Notes under the pieces: model-generated
The model's database searches: none
What the model was told of the DNA's origin: nothing
Seen by the model: the letters and a program-made list of their open reading frames with translations, nothing else
Part shown: positions 23,101 to 35,042 of the stretch, piece after piece
Position numbering within the stretch: the first letter of the stretch is position 1
How the letters are laid out: each line of letters starts with the position of its first letter
Source of the DNA: Fimbriosthenelais zetlandica
Lineage: Eukaryota
Assembly (NCBI GenBank): GCA_977030845.1
Contig: OZ365113.1
Location: forward strand, 27,404,001 to 27,468,000
Reading direction: 5' to 3'
Length of the DNA: 64,000 bases
Made by a program: the position numbers and the translations under genes

Positions 23101-26100
23101 ACCATTTAAAGAGTGGAATATAAAGTACCTCTCCAAATTATGTCAAGTTGGCCATGGACAATGCTCGATCTCTCTAAAAGTTGACAACTGCTGGGCAGAA
23201 ACCCTTACAGCTTGAGTTATCTCACTATATGTTTAGTTTATGATGCAATATTTCCTTACCGGTCATAGAAAGTAATATAACATTTGTTCTAATGAAAAAA
23301 ACTGTTAAACAATTTGCAAGTTTTGTACGTTTTCCACGAAATATGTTTGATAAAATGAACTTGTTTTTGGATCAGCTCAAGATAAATTTGAGAGCTATAT
23401 TGGAGCTGAAACGAGAATTTTTTACAATCATATTTTAACGGGCTTTAGTCTTGAAAATAACTTAATGATGAATAATTTGTTATAATTTGACAGAACGAAC
23501 ACGATGTGGAGTATGGATTTTGGACGGGGATCCCTTCCATACCGGTTTGTTACGGTTCGCTCTGACGAAGGAGAACTTTGCCCACTCGCTTGTGTTACTC
23601 TCGGTGTCCATGGCTCAGCCGTGGGCCATCATGGATCAGCTGAGGATCTGGAGTACTGTACTCCGTGACCACATAGACAGACTCAGACTCCCTCACGCTC
23701 AGATGGCCACCTATGAGGAGAACTGTAAGTTTTAATTACTCATGCATGAAAAAAAATCATATACCTTGTAACCTAAAATTGTCAGGCGATTTAAATACAA
23801 ATATTTTATTTTTTATTTTAAAATTTGTTTTATTTATACCCCCTTAAGCCGACCACATTTGTTTGATCCCATTTTCCGTCTTAAATGGTTACCACCTAAC
23901 CCTCTACCCCGCCCCTGACTCCGAAGCGACTACCTTTGGAATTGACCACTATATTGGTCAATCCCAAAGGTAGATCACTGTATTTAAATATCCAAATGAA
24001 ATTATTCAAGACTGAAAAATGGAATACTACTGAAGGTTCTATATAAATGGGAATGCGCTCATTGTAGGTTTTAGGGAAAAATTGATTTCCTTCACGTTGC
24101 TATGACAACAGCGAACAGACCTGACCCTGTGTTAGTCACTGAGAGGGACAGACGTCATGACTGTACCACCATGTCATTCTCATGTTTCAAAATGACTATT
24201 TTTATCATGGATGTGTGTACATGCCTTTCCCTGCAGGCTTCAATATGTATTATGTACATAGTCACCAGGCTTTATGATGCTCCATGGAGGTTACAATTGA
24301 CTCTGGTATTTAAGGAATGAATGGAGATGAGTACTTTGCTCTTTGCCAGGGTTGAAAATGACCATTATGTAATATGGACTGACAGTAAGGCCTTTCATGT
24401 CTCATACAAAGATGACACTGTTCCCAAGTGTTAAATATGGAAGGAGTTTGTGAAAACAGGGGGTGCAGATCAACTATGGCTGACAACACTCATAGATAAC
24501 TACTAGACTGATTTAAACTGTTTCACCATCTATTTATGCCAATGATAAGGGAGTCGAAAAATGCAACTTTGTTTTAAAGGGATAGTCAAATACTTAATTT
24601 CAATAAATATGACTGAAAGCCATTCTTCATGGGCCAGCTTGGAACCCAAACTGAGGAACTCCAGCCATGTCTCTCACATATCTCTGGTGAGAGGCATGTA
24701 AAAGAACCATTGCTGGCGTTCGACAAGAGTAGAAAATCGTGTGCCGACAGCATGTTTCCTTTCCTCCTGGGATAGCTGACAAACAAACAAGCAAACAAAC
24801 AAAACAACTGAGCAACAAAACTTCCTAACTTGTTATTTATTCCTAGCTAACAATGCCTGTTAGTGTAGCTATGCCTTGTAGCCTGCATGTATTTGATATT
24901 AACCCTGTGTGAGGGTTACAGTGGTCGGTTGTGGCGTTTATCTACCTGCCCTAGGGTGCTTCAGGCTGTGTTTGTTTACTGGGAATCAGTGATGTGAATA
25001 ATGTAGACCATACCTTCTATAACCCCTCTCCTGGCACAGTCAAGCCTCGAGCGCTGTAAACACATGTTATTGTGTGCTTTTCATAGTAATGTACTTTATG
25101 TGTAGCAGGGAGTGTGAATGTACAAGGCTTTTAATTTTAAGATTTATTCCAATTTTTATGAGAAAAAATGGTGGTGTTGACCTAACAAAGATTTCTTATG
25201 GCTGGAACAGACTGCGAACGCCTCCAGTTGCCTGCGTTTTTCTTGTCGTGTGACTTCAGAAATCCAGCAGTTGAGCTCTCTCTTCTATTGATGCACAAAA
25301 ATGAAAACGATAGACCAAGGCAGATGTGTCTAAACAATCAAAGACCACCATAATAAGCTCTTTGATAAAATGTCGCAGGCTTTGCCATGAGCGTGACCAC
25401 CGAAACGCTCTGGTCTGTTATCGTACTAGGTTCGGAAGGAAAAATCTGTTGCTCACATGAGTGCATTCCTATAAACGGTGAGGTCACAGTATAGACATAC
25501 TATGACTATGTACTATTGGTTCTTGCCTGTCTGTGGTCGGTGCTTACAGTGCCATGTAGGAGGACCGTTTAAGATGGTCACTGCCATGTCACTGATCAAT
25601 CTTGACCTGTCACAGTATGTTGTGACACTAGTTGACAGTTGTCCTCTCTCTCCCACTATACTCTGTGGGTGAGATGTCCCTGCAGCCTGGTGTAGGCGTG
25701 TTTGGCTAGCAGCCAGCCTAACTCCCGTGAATTATAGGACTTGAAGGGAATTCTTGCCACTTGGGTGATTTACTATAGTCTATGGGTGTCCGCTCATAGC
25801 GAGAGCAAGCCAAGCGATGTATGTAGGTGGTGATGTGTGTCTCATCATTTTTTATTTTTCCAGAAAAATAGGAAATGAGTAATGTATGGATGAATTTATA
25901 CAAATGATTGCAAATGTAAAAAAATATTATATATAAACAATAGATTAATTAATTGAGGTAGGCCTATAAATTTTTGCTGATTTTGGGGTGGATCTTACAA
26001 GCTTTGTTTTTTCTTTAATCAAGTTTTCGGCCTAGGGTGGCATTCTTCAGGATTGTTAATAAATTAATTTTAAATAAACCCACGATGATCATTCGCACTG

Positions 26101-29100
26101 AATTAAGTGGATCGTTGTCCAGAGGAAAACGCCCTTATAATTCATAAATTGATAAAAGTCTACCTTTTTGTCAGATATGTGACTCCTGTATATATACATA
26201 GATTAGGTATACCCTGTTGTGCATGGTTTTGGGACATTAGGGTGGCGGGGTGCACTAAATGCCTGAATGAATAGCACCTTGGTCGGTATGGACTATAAAG
26301 CATTCTATTGACTGTCCAGGCACTTTGAAGTTTACATATATTACAAGGGAGGCCTTCAGCATTCTAACTTTCCGTGATTTGTAACGCTAGTCATGGAGTT
26401 GTCACACTGAGGTCATATATAAAACCTACACCCAGCGGGTAGAGTACGAGGCCCAGGTCAGTCTCCATTGTCTGTCAACTCCTTTATGCCATATGACAGG
26501 TATATATACCTCACCTCCACCACTCTACATGACCCCCTGGAGAAAACCATCAGAGGCATGTTCCTGAGGGTGAAACGTGAGAGGCATGAAAGAGAGGCAT
26601 GTTCATTTTGGGTGATACCAGAGAGGCATGTTCTCTTGGGTGATATATACCAGAGAGGCATGTTCGTTTGAGTGATACCAGAGAGGCATGTTGTCTTCGG
26701 TGACCTAAGAGAGGCCTGTTCCCTTGGGTAAAACTGAGATGCATGTTTTATTGAATGAAACCACAACAATTCCTGCATATATAATTATCTTATGATGCAT
26801 TATTGAACTATTATTGTGACTATACCCACATATAGTTTTGGGTTCAATCTCAGATGTAGAATCATTATTTGTTCAGTTCCCATTTTCAATCCATTTTGCG
26901 TCGGTTTCCCCTTTCCTTGTTTGCCACCTTTATGAGAATACAATATGTTTTTGTAAGGATAATATATTTGAATATCCTCCTTGTATTGCTGTGGTATAAA
27001 GCAGCCTTGTCCCCCTGACCTTCCGTCTATTGTAAGACGAATCTGGGATCAGTCTAAGTCCACATTATTTACAAGGTTTGTTGGATTTGACTTAAATCTA
27101 ACACTGAATCATACCAGCCCCCGATTCACAGTGGGCACAAAAACTCCCGGACCTTCTTCTCTTTTATCGTCATTAGATATGTCTCTGCAGATATGTCTTC
27201 CAATGCCAAGAATTACAAAAAAATCGCATTGTGGACAAATGTCAAAATATTGATAAATATGAAAGCTATTTCTTCCAGGAAGATCTTCCAAGTTCCAAGA
27301 TGCCAATTTTTAGACCATGCCTACAATTTATTTTATCAGTTCTCTGTTTTTCGAAAAATTAGCAAGTTAGAGCATTCACCTGATGAATGCCATGATGAAT
27401 GCCATAGCTGACTCACCTAGTATAAAGATACAGTTATCAACACGTTATGTATCTGTCAGTGTAGAGATATGTGGGTCAGTAGTATATGATCGGTATTGCT
27501 GGACCATGTCCAGGTAAATACAATAGGAGAGACTCCAGACGCCAGGTCTGGGTAAAGGTGGGGGGGGGGGGGGGGGGGGGGGGGGGCAGGGGGTATTAAT
27601 GACAGGTAGTTCACAATTAACTTTACACTCGTACTCAAAATTGAAATAAGATTATAATCTTTGATTTGTACTCATTGTTGATCTCTCTGCCACTGGCTTG
27701 CTAATGAATGAGGCAAAGCAAAGATTCCTTCACACCTGTGTGGGGCATTTTTAAAAAATAGATTCTATTTTGTTTTTTCCCCTTTTTTTGTTGGCATCGA
27801 AGTGGGGACTTGTCACTCTAGTCATGTTGTCAAAATTTAAATAGATTCTAATTGCGTTTTAATAAGTAATGCCCCAACCCCCGAGTCATCTTTTCTTGTC
27901 ACAACTACAGATAAATAGATAACTTAAACAAATAGACTGCCAAACATACCTTCTATTTTGACTTAATCTTCATCAGCTATTTCTATACGCTTTCTCTGGG
28001 ATCTGGCACCTTTTCTGACCAATTTTCCACCCCTTTTACCCCTGTTACACTCGCCACTGAAGCAGACAAGGGGCCCCCCATTCATTCATATAGCACTACA
28101 TGTGATTAGCATGCAAAGACACGACCTTCTTGCTGTCTTCCCTTACTCTCAGCATACACACAGCCCTAACCGTTGAGAAGTACATCATGTATTTCAGACT
28201 TATAATATTTACATTGCTAAGGCCTCCTACAAATGGATGAAGTCTGAGACAAAGTTGAATCTTTATGGTTGGTTTGGGAGATTTTCTGAAGTAAAAAAAA
28301 ACATCTCGGTACATGGTGAAAATGTGAATATTATGCCAAGAACCGACCAGAGTGTTTTTCATGGCACAAGCGACTTGATATAGACGCACCAACCTTGCTC
28401 TGTCTCTTTTAGCATGGCAAAAGTATCTCTTTACATACTGAAAATGTGGATATTAAATTATTATGACTTAACCGACCAGAGCGTTTTGGCGACTTTTTAT
28501 AGACGCACCAACCTTGGTCCGTCTTTTTGCACATGGCAAGAAAAACGCAAGTAACTGGAGGTGTTGGCAGTATGTTCCAGGCATAATAGGTTTTACAATT
28601 CACAGATGTATAACTTGGTTGGGGGCTGTGTTTACTTTTCGGGATGGGATGAATCTGTGGTTGGGGAAGTGGGGGGTTGTGTTTATGGGTTCACGTGATT
28701 ATAGTGAATGACATTTGTCATCCATTAATATGATCATATAGAAGGTTAACATCCGAGTGAATAGCATTGTATATACCCCCCACACACACCTACTATATAG
28801 TCAGTGCTAAATCAAGCCCACATATAATACACACCTTATAGAGTCCCCACTAACTCTGAAGCTTATGCAAATATAACTCTGATCCTATACCAATCTAGTA
28901 TTCACATCTCAGCTACTGGACGGAATGACCTTCCCACCAAAAAATAACCGTCTCGTGTAGGGATTTGGTGGTGGTGGGGGGGGGGGGGGGGATGGAAGTG
29001 AGGGTGAAATACAAAAATATACCACATTACCTCACCCCCTACAAATGGCCTTAAAATACCTGTAAATACTTGTGGTTCAGACGGGAAACACTACTGGTTT

Positions 29101-32100
29101 GATAAAAAATATTTGAAAGTATTTTACAGGGGATGATCCTTCACCAGTATGGAATCCCAAGGGGAGTAGAATTAAAAAGCTCTATGACTTGACTTGTCTT
29201 TTTATTAGGGTGTGCAAAAAAGCCATAGTATTAAATGTGTTAGTATAAAACCCCAACCAAAAAAATATGTTTGTGCTTTATTGACCTATATGCCTTAGTA
29301 CTAAATATCTCGGTTTTAAACCCGACTGCTTTAGTTTTAATCCCATTAATATTTTGGATAGACTTGCGCAAGTCTTTGATTTTTTTTATTTTGTTAAAAC
29401 CATAGATATATAGTCTCTCCAGACGAGCCCTCGTCTATATTTTGGATAAAATATAATGTTTCATCCTGACGTTTTATTAAATATTTCAGTGGTGCACCAT
29501 TTTCAAGATTACCAGGAGCCAGAAGAGGGCGTAGTTTCTCCTCCGAGACCTCGTGCTTTTAACACCGAGGAAGAGAAAGTAGTATTACCCCTCGGTGAAA
29601 CGACATTAACTAATAACCTAGGCATCCCTATAGTTGTAGTAGTAACAAAGGTGAGTAAGATCCCACACATCCTGTATTCATCTAAAAAAAAATCACTTTA
29701 AAATTGAAAAAATGATGTGTGCATATATATTGGCCACTAGTGTAAATAAAAGCCTTCAAATGGACAGGAATGTACATCCTGCATCCTTGTTGGTATTGCA
29801 AAGAAGAAGATATAGGTGATTCATTGGATTATATAGTCTGATTATATATTATTTAATTTAAAAAAAATTCTATTGTCTAAAATGTGTGAGTATGTTATAT
29901 TTTACCTGTGTCACAATTGATGGTTTATTTTTCAGAGTGATGAAATCTCGACATTGGAAAAAGAACATGATTACAGAGAGGAGCATTTCGACTTCATCCA
30001 ACAACATATTAGGAAATTCTGTCTAAATTGTATCCTTTTGTGTCTGACATAATACATTATAATAGTGAATGTAAATCAGTTGACCAGGTATGACCCTTCA
30101 CCTAGGTTTATACTCCTAGCTAATCCCGGGGCTAGAGCCCTCCAGCTATCCTACTTAACCTCTCACCTACACCATCATATAAAAAATTCCTGAAACTGCT
30201 TAAATTTTTCAAGGGATTGCAACTGAATAATTGTTTCGGAATTAGCATAAGTACTAGCTCCAGGCTTGCAGACTCCCCAAAAAACTATTTAAAGAAATAA
30301 TTAGTGAACAAGTACAGGGAGGGCATATGATTTGTTTTTGCTGGAATTTCTTGTGAATTATTACAAATCCTTAACCCTGGAACAGATGGTGCAGCCCTCT
30401 TCTACACCTCTGTAAAAGAAGCCAAAAACTGTGATCTGCTCTACAAGTACCTTGTTCACCGAGTTTATGGCTTCCCGTTCACAACCCCTGCTTATGTGGT
30501 AGAGAGAGATTCTGTTTTTGTGTAAGTATATACCGACATATGGCCATCCTATCTCATAACTCATATAGCAACTCATATACTGTATTTGACGGAGTATAAA
30601 CCGCACCTGGCTATAAACCGCACCCCTTGAAAAACAATTTTGATTTTGCATAGCAATTCCCTTTTTGCCACCCGACGAATACAGATAACATGCATCGCAT
30701 AAATCGCGATGCCAGTTTGATTTTTTATCGCAAATACATCATATGGCATCGCAAAATACCTGGTAAATTATACCCTGGTCACTGCATATTAGCCTGTGGA
30801 ATGGTGATGATTTTATCTATACATATATATACACAGCTGTTATTCTGTACCCACCGTTCAATCATACACATAAACGTGTAACAATAGCCCACAGTGCCCC
30901 CATGTACACAGTAGAATGTATTGTTGGCTGTGTTTGTTTAACTCTATGACAGTTTGAATCAGTCACCTGGTGCCTCTTCCAGATCGTCATCATGTTGACA
31001 TACCAGGCCTAGTGTGAAAGCATAATGAGCATGGCTTGTGTTTACATTCCAAGGAATATAATGCATCAATTGTTTTTTTTAACGGTACTCATTCAGGCTG
31101 GGTTTTAGTTGGCACTGATTAGTATCCATTTATTATTTTGTTAAGTTGAATTAGTCAATAAAAGATTTTTAATAAAACATTTTAAAAGGAAAAGCACATC
31201 CTTACGTAGGATGGAATTCCCTAATGTTTTAATTTAGGGAATTCCTTAAGAAAAGATTTTAGTTTTCTGGATGTTGGAAGGCTATCGTAAATGTACCCGA
31301 GTGTTTAGTCCGTTTTGCTCGATCTCCTTCGGCGCCCTTTTGAGCCGATTTCTCCGTTAAATTCATGCTCTTACTTTGTGGAGATTTTAATATAAAAACT
31401 GGTACTTGTCTATTCCTGTCACACCTGGTGCTTTGTGTCATTGTAGACCTGCGGGTTGGGACTCGGAGAAGAAGATCAGTATATTGTACGAGAACATGAC
31501 TGGCATGAAACCAGACGATCCTTTTGAAGATGTAATTGTCAAACCAGTCGTACGAAAGGTAAATATGCCGCCTTATATGTGTCCATAGAAACCATGGCAT
31601 TAATATATATAGCTACTGATGTTCCCTCCAGTAATTTATTATGCGGTTTCTTTGTCCTCTTCCATTGTACAATGCAATTTTGAAGATTGATCTTAAATTT
31701 TCTTTGTCAAAAAATTCATTTGAATATTGCTGTTTTCATATTATTAGGAATGGGTTAAGGTTAGTTTTAGGATATTTTGCTTCTATATTTATGAATATAT
31801 TTTCGATTATAAATTAAATAATTTATAAATCTATTTGTTTCACAGCCCATCCAGAGAGATGCCGAAGTACAAGCAGAAGATGAGCAAGTTTTCCTAATGA
31901 AACAACAGACACAGCTCACCAAACAGCCTGCTGCAGGCGCCCGCTCAGTGAGTGCTAGTTTGTTATTTAATTCTGAGTGCTATTGATTGATTGTATGATT
32001 GATTGAGTAATCAAGAGTGTGAGCTGGTATTCACCCATAACAGGCTCTAAAAAAATTCTAACTAAAAAAAAGAATTATTTATTGATTGATTGTATGATTG

Positions 32101-35042
32101 ATTGTATGATTGAATGAATTATTTATTGATTTAATGATTGCGTGAATGATTGAGTGAATTATATATTTAATGAAATGATTTAATGATTGTGTGATTAAAT
32201 GAATTATTATTGGTTGTACGGTTGATTGAATGGTTGATTAAATGATTTATTGCCTGAATGATTGATTGCCTGAATGATTGATTGATTGAATGATTGATTG
32301 ATTTGCCGCAGTGAATAATGACTAAAGCTTTCTTTTTTCTTGTTTATAGGATGGCTCGCCTATGAGACCGGCCAGCGCTGGACAAAGAGTGTCCACATCT
32401 CCGCGGGTCGGCGCTTCACCCAATACACCAGGTCTCACAGGCTCTCCTAAAAAGGTGACGGTTCATTTTATTTCAAATTAATTCCAAAAATAAACATAAG
32501 TAAAAAAATATCTTTCAGGAAAAGGATAAGTAACGTTTTCAGGTGAATTGGAAAGGGAAAAATATCGACCAATTTCCTTCACAGATACAGGGTTTTATTT
32601 TGTACGTTTTTTAAATTAAGAGTTCTAGGGTGATTATAATGTCTTCACCTCACTCATGGCTTTGTGTTTTTATTTTTCTAGTTGGAGGGAGCTAAGCCAG
32701 GATCTGGCAGCACAAGTGAAGGTGTACTTGCCAACTTCTTTAACAGCCTCCTCAGTAAGAAGACTGGAAGCACCCCGCCTAGCGCTACCACAAAAACCAC
32801 AGGTACAAAAAATGGCCTTCTTCCTTATCAAAATTTACGTGAAACAACAACAAAATGAGAATGATTCAGGTCTAAACTTATAGTTTTTGATATTAGAACA
32901 GTAATCATCGATGTTTAGTAATTATGGAATAAATGTGCCCCTAAATGTTGAGTTAGAGAGTTGAGCATTACTGAATCACCATATTTGTCATTCGCAGGCA
33001 ATGAGAATGAGATAAATGAAAATTCCGAGGAGCCCCCTGAACCGGTATATAATATAGAGTAGAAAATATGCCAGTTGTTTCTCAGAATTGGGCCCAGATT
33101 TTGGCCCTTTGACTGATTGCTATTGCATGCATATTCCAGTTACCAGTCCCCGCACATGCCCCAAAATTGACAAATAACAAAAGAGAAAAAGTTATGAATT
33201 ACATGAGTTTCAGGAGAAATTATCATTATTGGTGCATGACAGAGTTGGTTACCATCTATAGGGGGTCATCATCGTTCGTGACTACTATGATTAGCCTGAA
33301 ATGGATTGAAGCTTTTTTGAGTTACAGGTTTTTACATGTTTGAAAACCGATCTTCCTCAGTGTGGCATTTTGTCAACTAACGAATCAAATGTTTTTGTTT
33401 GCCCATCAGATATTAGTAGCATGTAGTTAACAAATGTTCCATGGAATGGTATTGAATTAATTTTATATCAAAAAGTGATCTGACTCATTAGAAGTAGAGA
33501 TGAATTTTGTTTGAGATTTTATTAGGGAGACTAACATGTGAGTTCTATTTACAAACAAAAGTGTAATTAAAATTAATGATTGACTTTTCAGATGAGCTAG
33601 ACCCGGGTAAGAGTCAATCCAGACCCAAATCATCACCACATTCATTCTTTATTGTTCATGTAACCAGACTTACTGATGCTGTCATTTGGTTCATTATAAG
33701 ATGTGTAAATTATTGTGTTTTTATATGATTTATGTAGTCCATGTAGTTCGTTTTGTAAACACACACACGTGATATTTTTGGGACAATTATTCCTGCTTTT
33801 GCAGCAGCTGCAGCCGCTATATAATTAACAATATTTAGACCTTGACAGCATTGTGTATCTCTGGCCTACAGAATTAAACCCACACTCCACCTTGCCGATT
33901 TTTTAATTGGCAAGGTCTAATTGGCCGAAAACACGCTCAGTCACAAATCCCGAGTTTCGTCCGATATTTGGATCGGTGTCTATGACTTCCCCGATTTAAA
34001 ATCGGAGCAAAAATCGGCCATGTGGATGGTGGGTTTACCGCTTTGAGCTCTCTGACTCTCACCTCCTCTCTGCCATCACGCTGTCTCTCTTGGCGTGGAT
34101 AGTTACCATGGATACATAAACGCCTAGGGAAACCCCCCAAAATTCTCAAATTTACAACCAATTTATTTCTCATGAAAATGTAAGGGAAAACGAACTACCT
34201 CTCACCAATTGTACAGCTTATAAAAGGGGAAATCCAGGGAATTTATTTTGTTACATTTTTGAAGTTTAGGTGAACTTTTTATTTTGAATGGTTGTGGTTC
34301 AACATAAATCCTTATGTCCCCTCTCCGCGTCCCCATCCCTCTCCCTTACCCACTTGGATCTACCTACATATCCAGAAATTGTATAATAGAAAGTCTATAC
34401 TAGAGTGCACTTTGGTTATGGAATTCTAGGTCAGGCTACTTTTGTGAATTTGGTAAAAATAAAAAAAATATAGAAATAGCTGATCATTTTAATAGATTTT
34501 AAAGGTAGAGTGATCATTGCCGTAATTCAGTGTAGTATGTGCCCTTCTCTTCCACTATACCTTTCCCGTCCATGGTTTCTCTTCCATATGACCAAAAGAA
34601 ACTTGTCTACTGGGCTAAAGTAACTCCTCGAGTATATTCAGCCACAACAAAGCACTGGAGTGTTGACCCCTATAAACTACTAACAGAACATCCAAATATA
34701 CATTGTATACTGATATGTATAATCTCTCAATCAATCAAAAACCATTTAAATCTCTTTTTGAAACCTTACAGTTCTTACATGATCCATCTTCTGGGTTAAA
34801 AATTTTCTTCAATAAAAGACCATCTATCTGATATTAAATTTAATGTACATTTGAGTTATATAAGGGTATCATCCAGAAGATACTTTGCTGAATAATTATA
34901 ATTGTTTGTCTGAGAAGTTTGTGTTTTTTTTATAGACCGAGCAGCCATGAGTCGTGACGCGGCCGCTGAGCTAGATCGTATGACGCGCACTAAGAAACCG
35001 ATGCCCGGCCAGCAGCCCTCCACCAACTCTAACGCCTCCTGA
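17186..35042 (+). CDS. DYNC1LI: Cytoplasmic dynein 1 light intermediate chain, 479 aa, 12 core coding exons
   Basis: Exons 17186-17265, 17928-18001, 22204-22320, 23494-23724, 29490-29650, 29936-30029, 30386-30521, 31447-31558, 31846-31947, 32350-32454, 32682-32802, 34936-35042 (1440 nt). Motifs [72 protein letters not shown]. Confidence 0.97.
19634..19821. mobile_element. CCGTA-family MITE, copy C (opposite orientation to copy A)
   Basis: TA|CCGTATTTGCCGGAGTATAAGCCGC ... GCGGTTTATACTCCGGCAAATACGG|TA. Confidence 0.85.
22630..22865. repeat. CT-rich low-complexity tract
   Basis: Runs of CTCTCC and CCCCCTCCACCT in LIC intron 3; explains spurious ORFs 22650-22898 and 22756-22953. Confidence 0.85.
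24610..24800 (-). mobile_element. Probable SINE-like repeat fragment
   Basis: Minus strand GGAAACATGCTGTCGGCACACGATTTTCTACTCTTGTCGAACGCCAGCAATGGTTCTTTTACATGC resembles, from recall only, an interspersed repeat seen in molluscan genomes; not verified. Confidence 0.3.
26545..26750 (+). repeat. Minisatellite with ~28-32 bp unit (GGTGATACCAGAGAGGCATGTTC...)
   Basis: Core AGGCATGTT or a close variant at 26554, 26595, 26624, 26656, 26684, 26712, 26739. Confidence 0.85.
28319..28545 (+). repeat. Diverged tandem duplication, unit ~125 bp
   Basis: AAAATGTG(A/G)ATATT ... AACCGACCAGAG ... TAGACGCACCAACCTTG ... CATGGCAA occurs twice (starts near 28319 and 28441). Confidence 0.7.
30030..30385 (+). other. 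U12-type (minor spliceosome) GT-AG intron in the LIC gene
   Basis: 5' splice site T|GTATCCTTT at 30030; branch point TCCTTAAC at 30368-30375, 10 nt from the 3' end, with no polypyrimidine tract. Joins FCLN-Y-GAALF in frame. Confidence 0.93.
30580..30640. mobile_element. CCGTA-family MITE, truncated copy D
   Basis: TA|CTGTATTTGACGGAGTATAAACCGCACCTGGCTATAAACCGCACCCC. Confidence 0.7.
31981..32305. repeat. Degenerate (ATTG/AATG)n microsatellite
   Basis: Repeated GATT/GAAT units filling most of LIC intron 9. Confidence 0.85.
33592..33606 (+). CDS. DYNC1LI: Candidate 15-nt in-frame microexon of dynein LIC (adds DELDP)
   Basis: GACTTTTCAG|ATGAGCTAGACCCGG|GTAAGA; phase 1 to phase 1, matching the flanking intron phase; no stop codon. 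Confidence 0.55.

Noticed and set aside
26545-26750. Repeat-spacer appearance resembling a CRISPR array
   Set aside because: Eukaryotic intron; units are a degenerate tandem minisatellite with related spacers; no cas genes.
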